The position numbers and the translations under genes are program-made. Below, in pieces: positions 53,611-62,507 of a stretch of 64,000 nt of DNA (positions are counted from its first letter, which is position 1; every line of letters starts with the position of its first letter). The notes under the pieces were generated by a model that saw only the letters and a list, made by a program, of their open reading frames with translations, had not been told where the DNA came from and did not search any database. The stretch lies in sequence record OL631482.1, one strand, 5' to 3'. The DNA comes from Escherichia phage ECML-359.

Positions 53611-54264
53611 ATGGAACCAAAAGTAGGAATATCAATACCCGACCTACTTTTTGGACTTCTTGATAGAATTTTTAAAGATAATGCGACCGGGAAAGTTGTT
53701 TTTTCCCGGGTACTAGTTATTGTTCTATTATTTTTAATGGCGGTAATCTGGTATAAAGGTGATGCACTTTTAGATGCGTACAGGGATGCTTCATATGCCT
53801 CATACACTGAAATGATAAGGCAAGACCAGGATAACAGATTTAAAATTGCAGCTATCGAGCAAATCCAGATAGTCCACTCGTCAAGTGGGGCAGACTTTAC
53901 AGCAATATATTCTTTTAGGCCAACTAACCTTAACTACTTTGTGGATATGGTGGGTTACGAGGGGATATTGCCTGATACAGTCGACGAAAAAAATTTAGGT
54001 GGGTTTCCAATAGATAAGACTTCAGCGGAATATTTGGCGGGGGTTAATGGTAATTATTTTGAATCCAGTGTGGAATCTGTATTCTTACCAACAAAGAAAA
54101 AAAGCAGCTTCACATATATGTTCAGCTGCCCATTCTTTAATTTGGAAAACGTTTATGCAGGCACAGTCTCACTGTACTGGTATAAGCAAAAACCCGACCT
54201 TGGTTTTGATAGGCTTTCTTCTATGTGTGGACAAGCAGGTCGTACGCTCGGGCGTACACGTTAG
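53611..54264 (+). CDS. t: holin T
   Basis: 217 aa, similar to T4 holin (...LFGLLDRIFKDNATGKV...LNYFVD...), with a single N-terminal TM segment. Confidence 0.85.
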   Translation: MEPKVGISIPDLLFGLLDRIFKDNATGKVVFSRVLVIVLLFLMAVIWYKGDALLDAYRDASYASYTEMIRQDQDNRFKIAAIEQIQIVHSSSGADFTAIYSFRPTNLNYFVDMVGYEGILPDTVDEKNLGGFPIDKTSAEYLAGVNGNYFESSVESVFLPTKKKSSFTYMFSCPFFNLENVYAGTVSLYWYKQKPDLGFDRLSSMCGQAGRTLGRTR

Positions 54265-54536
54265 AATCCGGAGGTATACATCATAAGATAACGGTGTATA
54301 TCTTCGAATCCTTCGTTAAATTGTTCAATGATTTGTTCAATTTCATCTTCAGATAAACTTTTAAACAATTTGTTAAACGATACATTGTTTAACTCATTCC
54401 CATTCTCATTTCTCAATCCCAACTCATTCAAAAACGCGATAAACACATCGCGCTTCATCGTAATATCTTCCCGGTCGGTTTTAATCAAAATTGAAGTTAT
54501 AGTAACAATTTCAGAAACGATTTCAAATTTAGTCAT
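54261..54536 (-). CDS. asiA: AsiA anti-sigma70 factor
   Basis: 91 aa, similar to T4 AsiA (...EIVTITSILIK..REDI...FIAFLNE...FNEGFE...RYL.MYT). Confidence 0.85.
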   Translation of the reverse strand: MTKFEIVSEIVTITSILIKTDREDITMKRDVFIAFLNELGLRNENGNELNNVSFNKLFKSLSEDEIEQIIEQFNEGFEDIHRYLMMYTSGF

Positions 54537-54585
54537 TTTAATTTACTCAAGTATTCAATAAGACATTCAATTATTCAGTAAGGGT

Positions 54586-54616
54586 ATTATACTATTATTC
54601 CTCTGGGTTGTACACA
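54586..54616 (-). promoter_or_regulatory. early promoter upstream of asiA (GTGTACA, 17 nt, TATAAT)
   Basis: Minus strand reads aatcatGTGTACAacccagaggaataatagTATAATaccc. Confidence 0.5.
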
Positions 54617-54759
54617 TGATTTTCCATCTGTACAACATATTCCTGATACATCTGTTCAACTGGTTCCTGGAACTTAAAATCAGCTCCAAGGAATTCCTCA
54701 AAGCAAGCCTGCTCGTGCGTACGTTGACCGGTGATGGTGTTCTCTAAGTTATGACTCAT
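54595..54759 (-). CDS. hypothetical small acidic protein (54 aa)
   Basis: Hand-found ORF MSHNLENTITGQRTHEQACFEEF... with an AGGGAA RBS; its 3' end overlaps the asiA promoter. Confidence 0.3.
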   Translation of the reverse strand: MSHNLENTITGQRTHEQACFEEFLGADFKFQEPVEQMYQEYVVQMENHVYNPEE

Positions 54760-54868
54760 AATGATTCCCTTTGTGCTTCTGCTTACGTTTGGACTGCATT
54801 TTGGTTTTCTTCTTGTCCTTATGGACAGACGCCTTATTGAAATCGTGCTTAGCTACCAGATTGTTCAT
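54749..54868 (-). CDS. hypothetical small lysine-rich protein (39 aa)
   Basis: Hand-found ORF MNNLVAKHDFNKASVHKDKKKTKMQSKRKQKHKGNHYES with an AAGGAAA RBS. Confidence 0.3.
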   Translation of the reverse strand: MNNLVAKHDFNKASVHKDKKKTKMQSKRKQKHKGNHYES

Positions 54869-55127
54869 GCAATTTCCTTAATTGATATTCAAGAGAACTG
54901 ATAATTTCTTTATTAGTTGCAATATACATATCACGTAGGAAGGGTTTCAGACCTTCTCTAACTCTATACGTGTTATCACTAATATCCTTTATATATTCAT
55001 GGTCTAAAGCATCCCAAGCCGGCTGGTTAACATAAGTTCCCCAGTTGTCTTCCATCATAGTGTTCAGACGTTTGATATGATTGATATGGGTTTCGATTGC
55101 ATCAATCTGGAGTTGTTTAAGGTTCAT
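54849..55127 (-). CDS. hypothetical protein (92 aa; T4 arn region)
   Basis: Length equals T4 Arn (92 aa) and the position fits the arn region, but the sequence was not recognised. Confidence 0.45.
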   Translation of the reverse strand: MNLKQLQIDAIETHINHIKRLNTMMEDNWGTYVNQPAWDALDHEYIKDISDNTYRVREGLKPFLRDMYIATNKEIISSLEYQLRKLHEQSGS

Positions 55128-55738
55128 TAATAAAGGTCCTCTGAATAAAGTTCTTTTTCACTACCGCCACGTTCAATACGCACTTGATTTGCATAAGTCG
55201 CAATAATCATTGCTTCTTCGCGGGTCCAGTAATTGCTGTACTGGTCAATGAATCCTTGATTATCACCACAAACATGGTCTGACACAAGTTTATCACTTAC
55301 TTGGTCAAGCACTTCTGCCATATCCTTGGAATAATGTCTGGCACCAGGAATAACCAGAGTCCCACCATCTTTTAACTTAAATCGGTTGGCGGCACATACA
55401 ATCCGTCGCTGATATTTTTCATTGTTATTCCAATGCGCAATCTGCCAACAGATTTCTGGGACTTCTTCCAGAATATCTTTTTCATCGCATGTGTATCCAT
55501 GTGCTTTAAATTTTTCAGCGAGGCTTTTGGGGGTTTCACGCGATTCTGGTGCTGGTAACATTTCTAAACGAGTGATAAACGGATTCATTTCACAATTACC
55601 TTCTTCATTATATTCGGTGTAATCACCGTATGCATGTAATTTAGCAGCGAGACTTTCAGGAGTCTCCCGAGAAAGAGCTTTATCTAACAAGGCCATACGG
55701 TCTTTAAAGGATAATGCTTTACCTTTTAATGGATTCAT
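55127..55738 (-). CDS. hypothetical protein with internal tandem repeat
   Basis: Two ~25-aa repeats ([23 protein letters not shown] and [23 protein letters not shown]) precede a C-terminal domain. Confidence 0.5.
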   Translation of the reverse strand: MNPLKGKALSFKDRMALLDKALSRETPESLAAKLHAYGDYTEYNEEGNCEMNPFITRLEMLPAPESRETPKSLAEKFKAHGYTCDEKDILEEVPEICWQIAHWNNNEKYQRRIVCAANRFKLKDGGTLVIPGARHYSKDMAEVLDQVSDKLVSDHVCGDNQGFIDQYSNYWTREEAMIIATYANQVRIERGGSEKELYSEDLY

Positions 55739-56082
55739 TTGAAAATCACCTTATAACCGTTATCTTTAGCGAATTCTTGAATTTTAGCGGCGGTTTCAAT
55801 TAAATCACCTTTATAATAGGATGATAATTTAATATCAACTGTTTTGCCTTCGCCATACGAAGTTATATTCACTTTTTCCGTAAAAATAAGCTCAAGAAAT
55901 CGCAATAGCTGCATACCAAATTCAAGAGTAACATTATCAATCTGGAGGTTAAGTTGATAAGTTTTCTTAATACCATTCACCAGCGCACAGCGCTCATCCC
56001 AAGCGTTACGTTGTTCTTCAATCAATTTAAGGGAATGACCTTCGCCATCCCAATTTAGTTCCATAGGAATCATTTGAACCAA
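55735..56082 (-). CDS. hypothetical protein
   Basis: 115-aa ORF. Confidence 0.5.
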   Translation of the reverse strand: MVQMIPMELNWDGEGHSLKLIEEQRNAWDERCALVNGIKKTYQLNLQIDNVTLEFGMQLLRFLELIFTEKVNITSYGEGKTVDIKLSSYYKGDLIETAAKIQEFAKDNGYKVIFK

Positions 56083-56402
56083 CCTTTAACACGTTGCCAC
56101 AGACTTTTCTGTTGAGCTTTATTAACACCAATTGAGCGAATAACTGGTTGTGATTCCAGGTATTCTTTATAGTCAGCTTTATAGACTTCATATGCTGCTG
56201 GAACAAAGGCACCAATCGCCGCCATGAAGTTCTTGCGAGCACCAAATGGAGCTACTGCATCATCCTGGCGATGGATAAGATACTGACCAGCTTTGACCTT
56301 GACAATAGTCCCAAGGTAAGCGCCATGATACCAAACATCCCAACCCTCTTGAGTAGGTTCTACGCAAGCACGCAATTCATTAACAATATTCAGCTTATTC
56401 AT
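56070..56402 (-). CDS. hypothetical protein
   Basis: 110-aa ORF. Confidence 0.5.
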   Translation of the reverse strand: MNKLNIVNELRACVEPTQEGWDVWYHGAYLGTIVKVKAGQYLIHRQDDAVAPFGARKNFMAAIGAFVPAAYEVYKADYKEYLESQPVIRSIGVNKAQQKSLWQRVKGWFK

Positions 56403-56409
56403 AATTTCC

Positions 56410-57018
56410 TCACTTTAAGATGTTAATAACATGTTGAATGTTTTCAGTTGACATATGATTGTCAATGTAGGTATTCAATCCACCTACTTTAACGCTAAAT
56501 CCCACGTCTGTAAACTGTTTTACTATCTTTTGTTCAGTATTATACGCATGCACACGAATCTGACCATCACGACGTACATCAATCTGTTTTAATGTCTTGA
56601 TACGCTTGAACTTCACAATCAGATTGCTGCGGTCTTCTGAAATGCTCTTAAAGTCAATACCAATAGACAATAATTGCTCTTTGATATATTCTGCAGTCGC
56701 TTCCATTTCATCAGTCACACCGCGTTTTGTTCTTGTCTTCTTCACTTCCAGAAGGTCAGGATTATTTTCATTCGCCCACAGTTCAGCTGCATCCAGAATA
56801 AGGTCAACACCTTTTTCTGTAACCATCAAACCATCACCAGAAGCTTCAACATAGTTGTTATTCAACAATGTCTGCACGCTATCAATTGACGTGTTCTGCT
56901 GGCCTAAAACAACCTCAGGACGCACGAAGTTGTTTTTATATACAAACACCAGAGCATTAACATCAGTCTCATGTAGAGCGTTCTGGGAGCATTTAACGAT
57001 ATAATTTAGCTTGTTCAT
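56410..57018 (-). CDS. motA: MotA middle-transcription activator
   Basis: 202 aa; C-terminus resembles T4 MotA (...KQFTDVGFSVKV...STENIQHVINILK). Confidence 0.8.
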   Translation of the reverse strand: MNKLNYIVKCSQNALHETDVNALVFVYKNNFVRPEVVLGQQNTSIDSVQTLLNNNYVEASGDGLMVTEKGVDLILDAAELWANENNPDLLEVKKTRTKRGVTDEMEATAEYIKEQLLSIGIDFKSISEDRSNLIVKFKRIKTLKQIDVRRDGQIRVHAYNTEQKIVKQFTDVGFSVKVGGLNTYIDNHMSTENIQHVINILK

Positions 57019-57020
57019 AA

Positions 57021-57236
57021 TTATCCCTTAATAGATTTCATGTAATTTGATGCATATGATTGTACCACAGTACGTTTCATATGGGAAGTAGAAACAATAA
57101 CATCAATCGCTTGTTTACGTTCTTCTTTAGAATTCGCCAGTTTGAACATGTCAAAGTAATAATAGCAAGCTTCTTTATTAGATTTGAATTTAGCGTTAAT
57201 GTATTCTTGACCTTCATTCTGTTGTGCAGTAAACAT
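57021..57236 (-). CDS. hypothetical protein
   Basis: Start placed at Met5, preceded by the RBS TGGAGAATAAA; the ORF-track start is TTG. Confidence 0.5.
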   Translation of the reverse strand: MFTAQQNEGQEYINAKFKSNKEACYYYFDMFKLANSKEERKQAIDVIVSTSHMKRTVVQSYASNYMKSIKG

Positions 57237-57265
57237 TTTATTCTCCAAAGTTTTTGTGATTCATT

Positions 57266-57290
57266 GTGTAACTCAGTATGGAATCATTAT
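57266..57290 (-). repeat. conserved 25-nt early-leader motif, copy 3 of 4
   Basis: gtgtaactcagtatggaatcattat. Confidence 0.6.
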
Positions 57291-57316
57291 GCATCAGGTC
57301 AAGGGTCATGTACACT
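57285..57316 (-). promoter_or_regulatory. early promoter (GTGTACA -35, cATAAT -10)
   Basis: Minus strand reads aaaaaagtaGTGTACAtgacccttgacctgatgCATAATgattcc. Confidence 0.5.
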
Positions 57317-57338
57317 ACTTTTTTAAATATTTTAAAAT

Positions 57339-57362
57339 AAAAAAGGACCCCGAAGGGTCCTA
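57339..57362 (-). terminator. rho-independent terminator
   Basis: GGACCC-ttcg-GGGTCC hairpin followed by a T-run. Confidence 0.6.
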
Positions 57363-57458
57363 GTCTTTATCTATCTTATTGCCAATAAACATACCAACAA
57401 TCACACCTGCGATTGCCGCAAAAATACAAAGCAATGCAAACTCAACTCCAAAACTCAT
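57360..57458 (-). CDS. small hydrophobic membrane peptide (32 aa), translationally coupled to gene 52
   Basis: Hand-found ORF MSFGVEFALLCIFAAIAGVIVGMFIGNKIDKD with a GGAGG RBS; ATGA overlap with the gene 52 stop. Confidence 0.4.
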   Translation of the reverse strand: MSFGVEFALLCIFAAIAGVIVGMFIGNKIDKD

Positions 57459-58834
57459 AGAGCCTCCAAATCATTAAGGTATTCAGTTTTAACATCAGTT
57501 GTCTTCCAGTACTCATGCTCAGCTTTCTTAGCCTTTGCTTCGTCTGCAAGCTTCTTGGCTTCATCAGAGGTCATATGGTAGATGTTCATCGCCACTAACT
57601 TCTCTGCATAATCGCCATATATTTCACTCGCCTGGAGTTCCTCAATCAACTTCTTACGAGGTTTCCCCTGGATAACAACCTTACCATCAATCACTTCTTT
57701 AATAAAGAAGACTTTTGCCCGGGCCAGTTTAAACGCGGCTTCAGTTTCTTTAATCTTACTGTCAATTCGCACTTGAACATAAGTCTTACGGACATCCACG
57801 AAATCGCGAATCAGGTCAAGCGTGTTGGTGTATTCAGCCAGTTTGCCTTTATGATTAAGCACTGTTAAGTTCTGGGAGAGCTTCTCAATCAGACCAAAGT
57901 CTTTCATGATTTTCTCATGATTTTCTTCTTCGGTGCCATCCAACTTGTATTCTTTACGGAATTTAATCTTAAACCCAAAACCATGTTCGCCGCAGTTATC
58001 TTTCCAGGTGATAAAACCTTTCTCTTCCAGCGGGTCCAGGATTTTACTTGTGTACTTTTCCAGGTTCCATTGGACCGGGATTTCAGTAATTTCCATTTGG
58101 GTCCTGGACGTCATTTTGTATGTGCCATGAAGCTCATACTTACCAGGCTCTTCCAGCTCAACAACTTTACCACGGAATTCTGGATATTTTACTTTCGGAG
58201 CAACCGGTTCACGACCTTCCACGATAGCTTTAACAGCTTCCTTAACGTCCTGGAACGAATGAGGAAGGATATCAGTAGCAAAGCCAACAGCAATCCCAGA
58301 AGTGGCGTTAAGTAATACAGTAGGAATAACAGGAAGATAAAAAGCAGGAGGCTTATGTTCTTCATCAGGATGGACCGGAGCATATTCTGTATCCTTAAAC
58401 AAGTTGTAAAAGTTCTTTGAAACCCTTGCGAATACATAACGAGCCGATGATGCTTCTGGCACCATTCTGGAACCAAAGTTACCTTGCCCATCAAACATAG
58501 GATATTCATTTTTATATGTTGCAACCAGACCAGAAGTTGCTTCTTCCGCTGATGCTTCACCATGGTGATAACCATAATCAGCTACGCCACCTGCGATGGA
58601 TGCAACCTTATGGAATTTATTCTTATCACCACGTGCCAGGTCTAATGCTCTCGCCATAACAAATCTGTGAACTGGTTTAAAACCATCAATCATGTTTGGG
58701 ATGGCACGACCTTCCACAGTGTAGATAGCATATGACAATGCTTCCACATCAATAATGTCTTTTAGACTGCGTGGGTTAAGGGTCCCCATAGAATCACTGA
58801 ACTGTTTGGACATCATACTTAAAACGTCAGACAT
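57455..58834 (-). CDS. 52: DNA topoisomerase II medium subunit
   Basis: 459 aa with gyrase-A-like breakage-reunion motifs (...AIPNMIDGFKPVHRFVM...). Confidence 0.9.
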   Translation of the reverse strand: MSDVLSMMSKQFSDSMGTLNPRSLKDIIDVEALSYAIYTVEGRAIPNMIDGFKPVHRFVMARALDLARGDKNKFHKVASIAGGVADYGYHHGEASAEEATSGLVATYKNEYPMFDGQGNFGSRMVPEASSARYVFARVSKNFYNLFKDTEYAPVHPDEEHKPPAFYLPVIPTVLLNATSGIAVGFATDILPHSFQDVKEAVKAIVEGREPVAPKVKYPEFRGKVVELEEPGKYELHGTYKMTSRTQMEITEIPVQWNLEKYTSKILDPLEEKGFITWKDNCGEHGFGFKIKFRKEYKLDGTEEENHEKIMKDFGLIEKLSQNLTVLNHKGKLAEYTNTLDLIRDFVDVRKTYVQVRIDSKIKETEAAFKLARAKVFFIKEVIDGKVVIQGKPRKKLIEELQASEIYGDYAEKLVAMNIYHMTSDEAKKLADEAKAKKAEHEYWKTTDVKTEYLNDLEAL

Positions 58835-58842
58835 ATATCACC

Positions 58843-58983
58843 TTACCAGATTAACGAATGTACTGCCATTATAGCATCAGAAATAAAAAGCACAACCTGC
58901 ACTAACGCAAACACAACTCCGTAATACAGCGCCACCAATAAGGTAGCAAGGACTAACGAGTAGCCCAAGATTTTCTTAATCAT
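58843..58983 (-). CDS. small membrane protein (46 aa)
   Basis: Hand-found ORF MIKKILGYSLVLATLLVALYYGVVFALVQVVLFISDAIMAVHSLIW; overlaps the upstream ORF stop by 8 nt. Confidence 0.4.
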   Translation of the reverse strand: MIKKILGYSLVLATLLVALYYGVVFALVQVVLFISDAIMAVHSLIW

Positions 58984-59131
58984 TTTTATCCAATAATTTA
59001 AATAGTGATAAAACTGCTAATACACCTTGAGCTGTTGACTGCAGAAATACTGAAGTTTCACCAGTTATTAATGTTCCAACAAATAAAAATGACCAGCAGA
59101 AAAAAGCTACACCATGAACAAATTTATTCAT
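58976..59131 (-). CDS. small membrane protein (51 aa); possible ac homologue by size and position
   Basis: Hand-found ORF MNKFVHGVAFFCWSFLFVGTLITGETSVFLQSTAQGVLAVLSLFKLLDKND with a GAGGA RBS. Confidence 0.4.
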   Translation of the reverse strand: MNKFVHGVAFFCWSFLFVGTLITGETSVFLQSTAQGVLAVLSLFKLLDKND

Positions 59132-59211
59132 ATTTTCCTCAAGGACGTCCGAAGACGCCGGTTAATTTCAGATTATGACGATGCCATTGCATCACATGTT
59201 CGTTATGGAAA

Positions 59212-59385
59212 TTACTCATATATACCACACATTTTGCATAAGCGTTCAAAACAGATATACCCACCACTAAAGCACATAGTAACAGCAACTTTATCATTAA
59301 ATGGAGCACCAAAGGCTATAAAGGCTCCTGTAATAACAAATAGGGCTAAAACAAATAGGTAACCCATTGTAAAGAAATGTCTCAT
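59212..59385 (-). CDS. small membrane protein (57 aa)
   Basis: Start placed at the internal Met directly after the ndd stop; hydrophobic core [19 protein letters not shown]. Confidence 0.4.
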   Translation of the reverse strand: MRHFFTMGYLFVLALFVITGAFIAFGAPFNDKVAVTMCFSGGYICFERLCKMCGIYE

Positions 59386-59386
59386 A

Positions 59387-59836
59387 TTAATAGCTCTGCA
59401 GAATGAATTTAAAGTTATCAGCAAGCATGCGATTCATTTCTGAAAGGGTCTGGCAATCAGAACTATGTGAGCGAGTGAACGCCATCGCAATTTGACCTTT
59501 ACCATAACCAGTTGTCAGAGGTTTCATTTTAGAAACTGGGACAAACAGGACTTCATAGATAACCCCATTGTTCGCCATTGTGCGAGACAGTTGAGAACGC
59601 TGTTTGCGGATGTGACTTAATACAGTGTCAAACCCTTGTTGTGAACGTTGGTTACCAACATAAAAACGTGCAGCAACAATACGTGATTCGCCTTCACCTT
59701 TAACCACGAAATAAAAACCTGGTTGAGTGATAGCTTCTTTAGTTGGGCGACCGGCAACATAATTACCATTATGGATATAAGCAACAGTGGTAGCACCAGC
59801 ATTCAGTACGTCACGACGGGTCATGTAAGTAGACAT
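59387..59836 (-). CDS. ndd: Ndd nucleoid-disruption protein
   Basis: 149 aa, similar to T4 Ndd (...LNAGAT...PGFYF...[28 protein letters not shown]...[36 protein letters not shown]). Confidence 0.8.
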   Translation of the reverse strand: MSTYMTRRDVLNAGATTVAYIHNGNYVAGRPTKEAITQPGFYFVVKGEGESRIVAARFYVGNQRSQQGFDTVLSHIRKQRSQLSRTMANNGVIYEVLFVPVSKMKPLTTGYGKGQIAMAFTRSHSSDCQTLSEMNRMLADNFKFILQSY

Positions 59837-59879
59837 ATTAATTTCCTCAGTAAGTTAAAGTTTTGTGCTCCAGTGGGGT

Positions 59880-59911
59880 CATTATACTCTGACCCCAAGA
59901 GTTTGTACACT
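59880..59911 (-). promoter_or_regulatory. early promoter cassette upstream of ndd
   Basis: Minus strand reads aaaatagtGTACAaactcttggggtcagagTATAATgac. Confidence 0.5.
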
Positions 59912-60254
59912 ATTTTTGTAGTTGTTCTAAAATAAATCCACTGGTGTAAAGGCTTGCATTATACAGACGGTCAAGAGACAACGAATCCAACCCATAAGCT
60001 TCACGAATTGCATTCACAACACTTTCATAACTTGTATAATAAACATCGCGATAATCGCGGTCCATAGTCATGCGGAACTTAATAAATTTATAGAAACCAG
60101 TTTCAGGGTCCTGATAGAATGCAAATTCAGCAGACATCAAATTTTTAAGGTTAACAGCTTTTGTGCCACCTGAATAACTTAAATCAAATGCTTCTGATAT
60201 GCTAATTTGTTTAAAGAACATAATGTTGCGATTACCAAAAAATACTTTAGACAT
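59910..60254 (-). CDS. hypothetical protein
   Basis: 114-aa ORF. Confidence 0.5.
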   Translation of the reverse strand: MSKVFFGNRNIMFFKQISISEAFDLSYSGGTKAVNLKNLMSAEFAFYQDPETGFYKFIKFRMTMDRDYRDVYYTSYESVVNAIREAYGLDSLSLDRLYNASLYTSGFILEQLQK

Positions 60255-60292
60255 AATATTTTCCTCAATTAAATTTTATTATCCACGGGAAC

Positions 60293-60322
60293 ATTATACT
60301 CTGCTCCCAAGAGTTTGTACAC
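60293..60322 (-). promoter_or_regulatory. early promoter cassette (near-identical copy of the one at 29353)
   Basis: Minus strand reads gaatagtGTACAaactcttgggagcagagTATAATgt. Confidence 0.5.
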
Positions 60323-60567
60323 TATTCTACATCAACTGCGTCATCCCACAAGTCAACTTCTTCTGATGATTCCATCAGTTCATCAACTGTGAAGCACTCA
60401 GTATTATTTTCAATTGCAAAACGTTTCTGATAAAAAGGATAATCCAAACAGTTTTCAGTGCGCACAGGACGCTCGCTGTTATCCATTAAAGGTGAAATGC
60501 GAATCAGTTGTTGACCATTACCCAGGACAAATTTTTCACCAACTGCAATGTCTTTAAAAAGTTTCAT
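60322..60567 (-). CDS. hypothetical acidic protein
   Basis: 81-aa ORF. Confidence 0.5.
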   Translation of the reverse strand: MKLFKDIAVGEKFVLGNGQQLIRISPLMDNSERPVRTENCLDYPFYQKRFAIENNTECFTVDELMESSEEVDLWDDAVDVE

Positions 60568-60770
60568 TGCTTAGCTCCATTCCAAATTACATCAACAACA
60601 GACTTCAAACCATTATCCTGGATTTGTGTGAACACTTCAGCAGCAATCCAGAGCTGGAAACCAATCATTGCAATGGCACCAATGAAAATCAGGATAATCA
60701 TCGCCACAATAAACTTGAACATAAAATCAAAGCGACGATTGGATTTCTGAAATTGTGAATTGTAATTCAT
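60564..60770 (-). CDS. hypothetical membrane protein
   Basis: Internal Met start; single TM segment FIVAMIILIFIGAIAMIGFQLWIAA. Confidence 0.45.
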   Translation of the reverse strand: MNYNSQFQKSNRRFDFMFKFIVAMIILIFIGAIAMIGFQLWIAAEVFTQIQDNGLKSVVDVIWNGAKQ

Positions 60771-60780
60771 AATATTATCC

Positions 60781-60897
60781 TCAAAAGAAATAGTTAAAGT
60801 AAACACGCACATGGTCAATCATAAAAACAATTGGGAAAATGCTCAGGACAACAAACAGTACAAACATGTTCCAAATGGCTTTAAGTAACTTTTTCAT
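60781..60897 (-). CDS. small hydrophobic peptide (38 aa)
   Basis: Hand-found ORF MKKLLKAIWNMFVLFVVLSIFPIVFMIDHVRVYFNYFF with a GGAG RBS, downstream of an early promoter. Confidence 0.35.
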   Translation of the reverse strand: MKKLLKAIWNMFVLFVVLSIFPIVFMIDHVRVYFNYFF

Positions 60898-60923
60898 AAT
60901 CATCTCCAGTAGTTGATAGGTTC

Positions 60924-60952
60924 ATTATACTACAACCACTGGAGATGTACAC
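60924..60952 (-). promoter_or_regulatory. early promoter (GTGTACA, TATAAT)
   Basis: Minus strand reads aaaagagtGTACAtctccagtggttgtagTATAATgaa. Confidence 0.45.
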
Positions 60953-61042
60953 TCTTTTATGCAAGTTTCATTAATAATAAACTAAAACAAACGCAAATTA
61001 CTGGGATACACAGCATCCAGATAAGGCACCAGGTTTTGCTGC

Positions 61043-61309
61043 TCAAAATATCACCTCTTTGATTTCAATCAATCCTCTGTACAATGCAGTGCGAAGGTCA
61101 TAAAGAATATCTATACCATCAACATTATCCAGCTTGCCATCAATAAGCTTTTTTAAATCTTCCTTTGATGCAATCAATGGACGAAGAAATTTACAATCAG
61201 AAAGAGACAATTCTGTGGTAACATCATCACCATCACCTGATGCATCATACATAGCAGCAACAACCATACCTGTAACTTTGTGTTTGGCGTAGTATAATTT
61301 AATATCCAT
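61043..61309 (-). CDS. hypothetical protein
   Basis: Start placed at the internal Met (MDIKLYY...) with a GAGGAAAATAAA RBS. Confidence 0.45.
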   Translation of the reverse strand: MDIKLYYAKHKVTGMVVAAMYDASGDGDDVTTELSLSDCKFLRPLIASKEDLKKLIDGKLDNVDGIDILYDLRTALYRGLIEIKEVIF

Positions 61310-61319
61310 TTTATTTTCC

Positions 61320-61475
61320 TCATGCATAACGATTGTATGTATTTTTGCGACATGCGTAAAATTGACGCTCAGTAACTGCAAAACTTTTTCCACGCTGATG
61401 CATTAATTTAAAAAATTCAGTAATATCGCCATTAACTTCAAGGTATAAAGTCATTGCATATTGAGCAGGTTTCAT
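61320..61475 (-). CDS. hypothetical small protein (51 aa)
   Basis: Internal ATG with the RBS CTGGAGAATAAAATG; the ORF-track start lies inside the promoter. Confidence 0.4.
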   Translation of the reverse strand: MKPAQYAMTLYLEVNGDITEFFKLMHQRGKSFAVTERQFYACRKNTYNRYA

Positions 61476-61492
61476 TTTATTCTCCAGTATTT

Positions 61493-61516
61493 GGTAACTC
61501 AGTATGGAATCATTAT
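61493..61516 (-). repeat. conserved early-leader motif, copy 4 of 4
   Basis: ggtaactcagtatggaatcattat (one 5' mismatch). Confidence 0.55.
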
Positions 61517-61541
61517 ACATAGACGCCATACTGATGTACAC
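61511..61541 (-). promoter_or_regulatory. early promoter (GTGTACA -35, TATAAT -10)
   Basis: Minus strand reads aaaaagtaGTGTACAtcagtatggcgtctatgTATAATgattcc. Confidence 0.5.
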
Positions 61542-61551
61542 TACTTTTTAA

Positions 61552-61827
61552 TTAATTGTGCATTTGTTCTTTAACTTCTTTATATGCGCCAACTGCATTC
61601 ACGACCCCAGTAAAATCTGCAGTCCCACGATAGAGATAGAAAGCGATTTCAGTCAGGTGGTAGACTTCAAATTCTGAAAGATAAATGATAACGTCATAAT
61701 AGGCAACTTGTCCCTGGACTTCGTTGAATACTACATCAAAAATTTCATGGGTTGGAAAATTGATGTTGTTGTTTTTGAGTGCTTGAATAAGAATTTGTTT
61801 GATGTTATTAGTAGTAACGTGTTCCAT
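61552..61827 (-). CDS. hypothetical protein
   Basis: Start placed at the internal Met (MEHVTTNN...), whose GAGGA RBS sits in the 3' arm of a 10-bp inverted repeat. Confidence 0.45.
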   Translation of the reverse strand: MEHVTTNNIKQILIQALKNNNINFPTHEIFDVVFNEVQGQVAYYDVIIYLSEFEVYHLTEIAFYLYRGTADFTGVVNAVGAYKEVKEQMHN

Positions 61828-61874
61828 GATAATGTCCTCATTTGTTGGTGTGAGGACATTATTACATGGTTGGT

Positions 61875-62507
61875 TCAGCTTGTAAACCGGTGATAGGGAA
61901 ATTTTTCTTCTGAACAAGAACGGAGGTACCAGCCATCCCCTTGTGACTTCTGCACAAGACCAGACTCAGGAACGAAAGCGCCAGGTCCAGCAAGGAATTT
62001 TGGTTTAAATCTATAACCTTTGATAGTCTCTTTTACATTAAACATAATCATAAGGTCAGCAAGCTTGTGCTGCATAAAAGGACCAAGATTGACCCCGTAA
62101 CCATGCGGATAATCACCATGGCTGCCAGTGTGCACGGATATCCATTTGGAGCCAGACTGATGAGTTTTGACTTCGATTCTTACCCCTTCTTTCGAAACTA
62201 CATCAAATGCAAAGGAATAAGGATTATCGTAATCTTCATCGCCACCACATAAAAAACCGGAGGTCCATTTAGCAATAGCTTGTTCAGCCATTGTAGCCAC
62301 CATACATCTTTGCATGACTTGCTCACGGTCCTGGCCAGGGTCTTTACGCAATGAATACCTGGCAGTGTCTACAATCTTTTGCAGGGATTCGGGGGTTAAG
62401 TCTTCTTTTGTATAAAGAAAGGAGGGCATCTTTTTCAGATGCTCCCATGTTTTACTCTTCTGAATCATAATGTCATCCTTTAAAATACATATCGGATTTT
62501 TCGACAA
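61875..62507 (-). CDS. hypothetical protein (possible DenB/endonuclease IV by position near rIIB)
   Basis: 210-aa ORF; the largest ORF between ndd and rIIB. No motif recognised. Confidence 0.4.
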   Translation of the reverse strand: MSKNPICILKDDIMIQKSKTWEHLKKMPSFLYTKEDLTPESLQKIVDTARYSLRKDPGQDREQVMQRCMVATMAEQAIAKWTSGFLCGGDEDYDNPYSFAFDVVSKEGVRIEVKTHQSGSKWISVHTGSHGDYPHGYGVNLGPFMQHKLADLMIMFNVKETIKGYRFKPKFLAGPGAFVPESGLVQKSQGDGWYLRSCSEEKFPYHRFTS

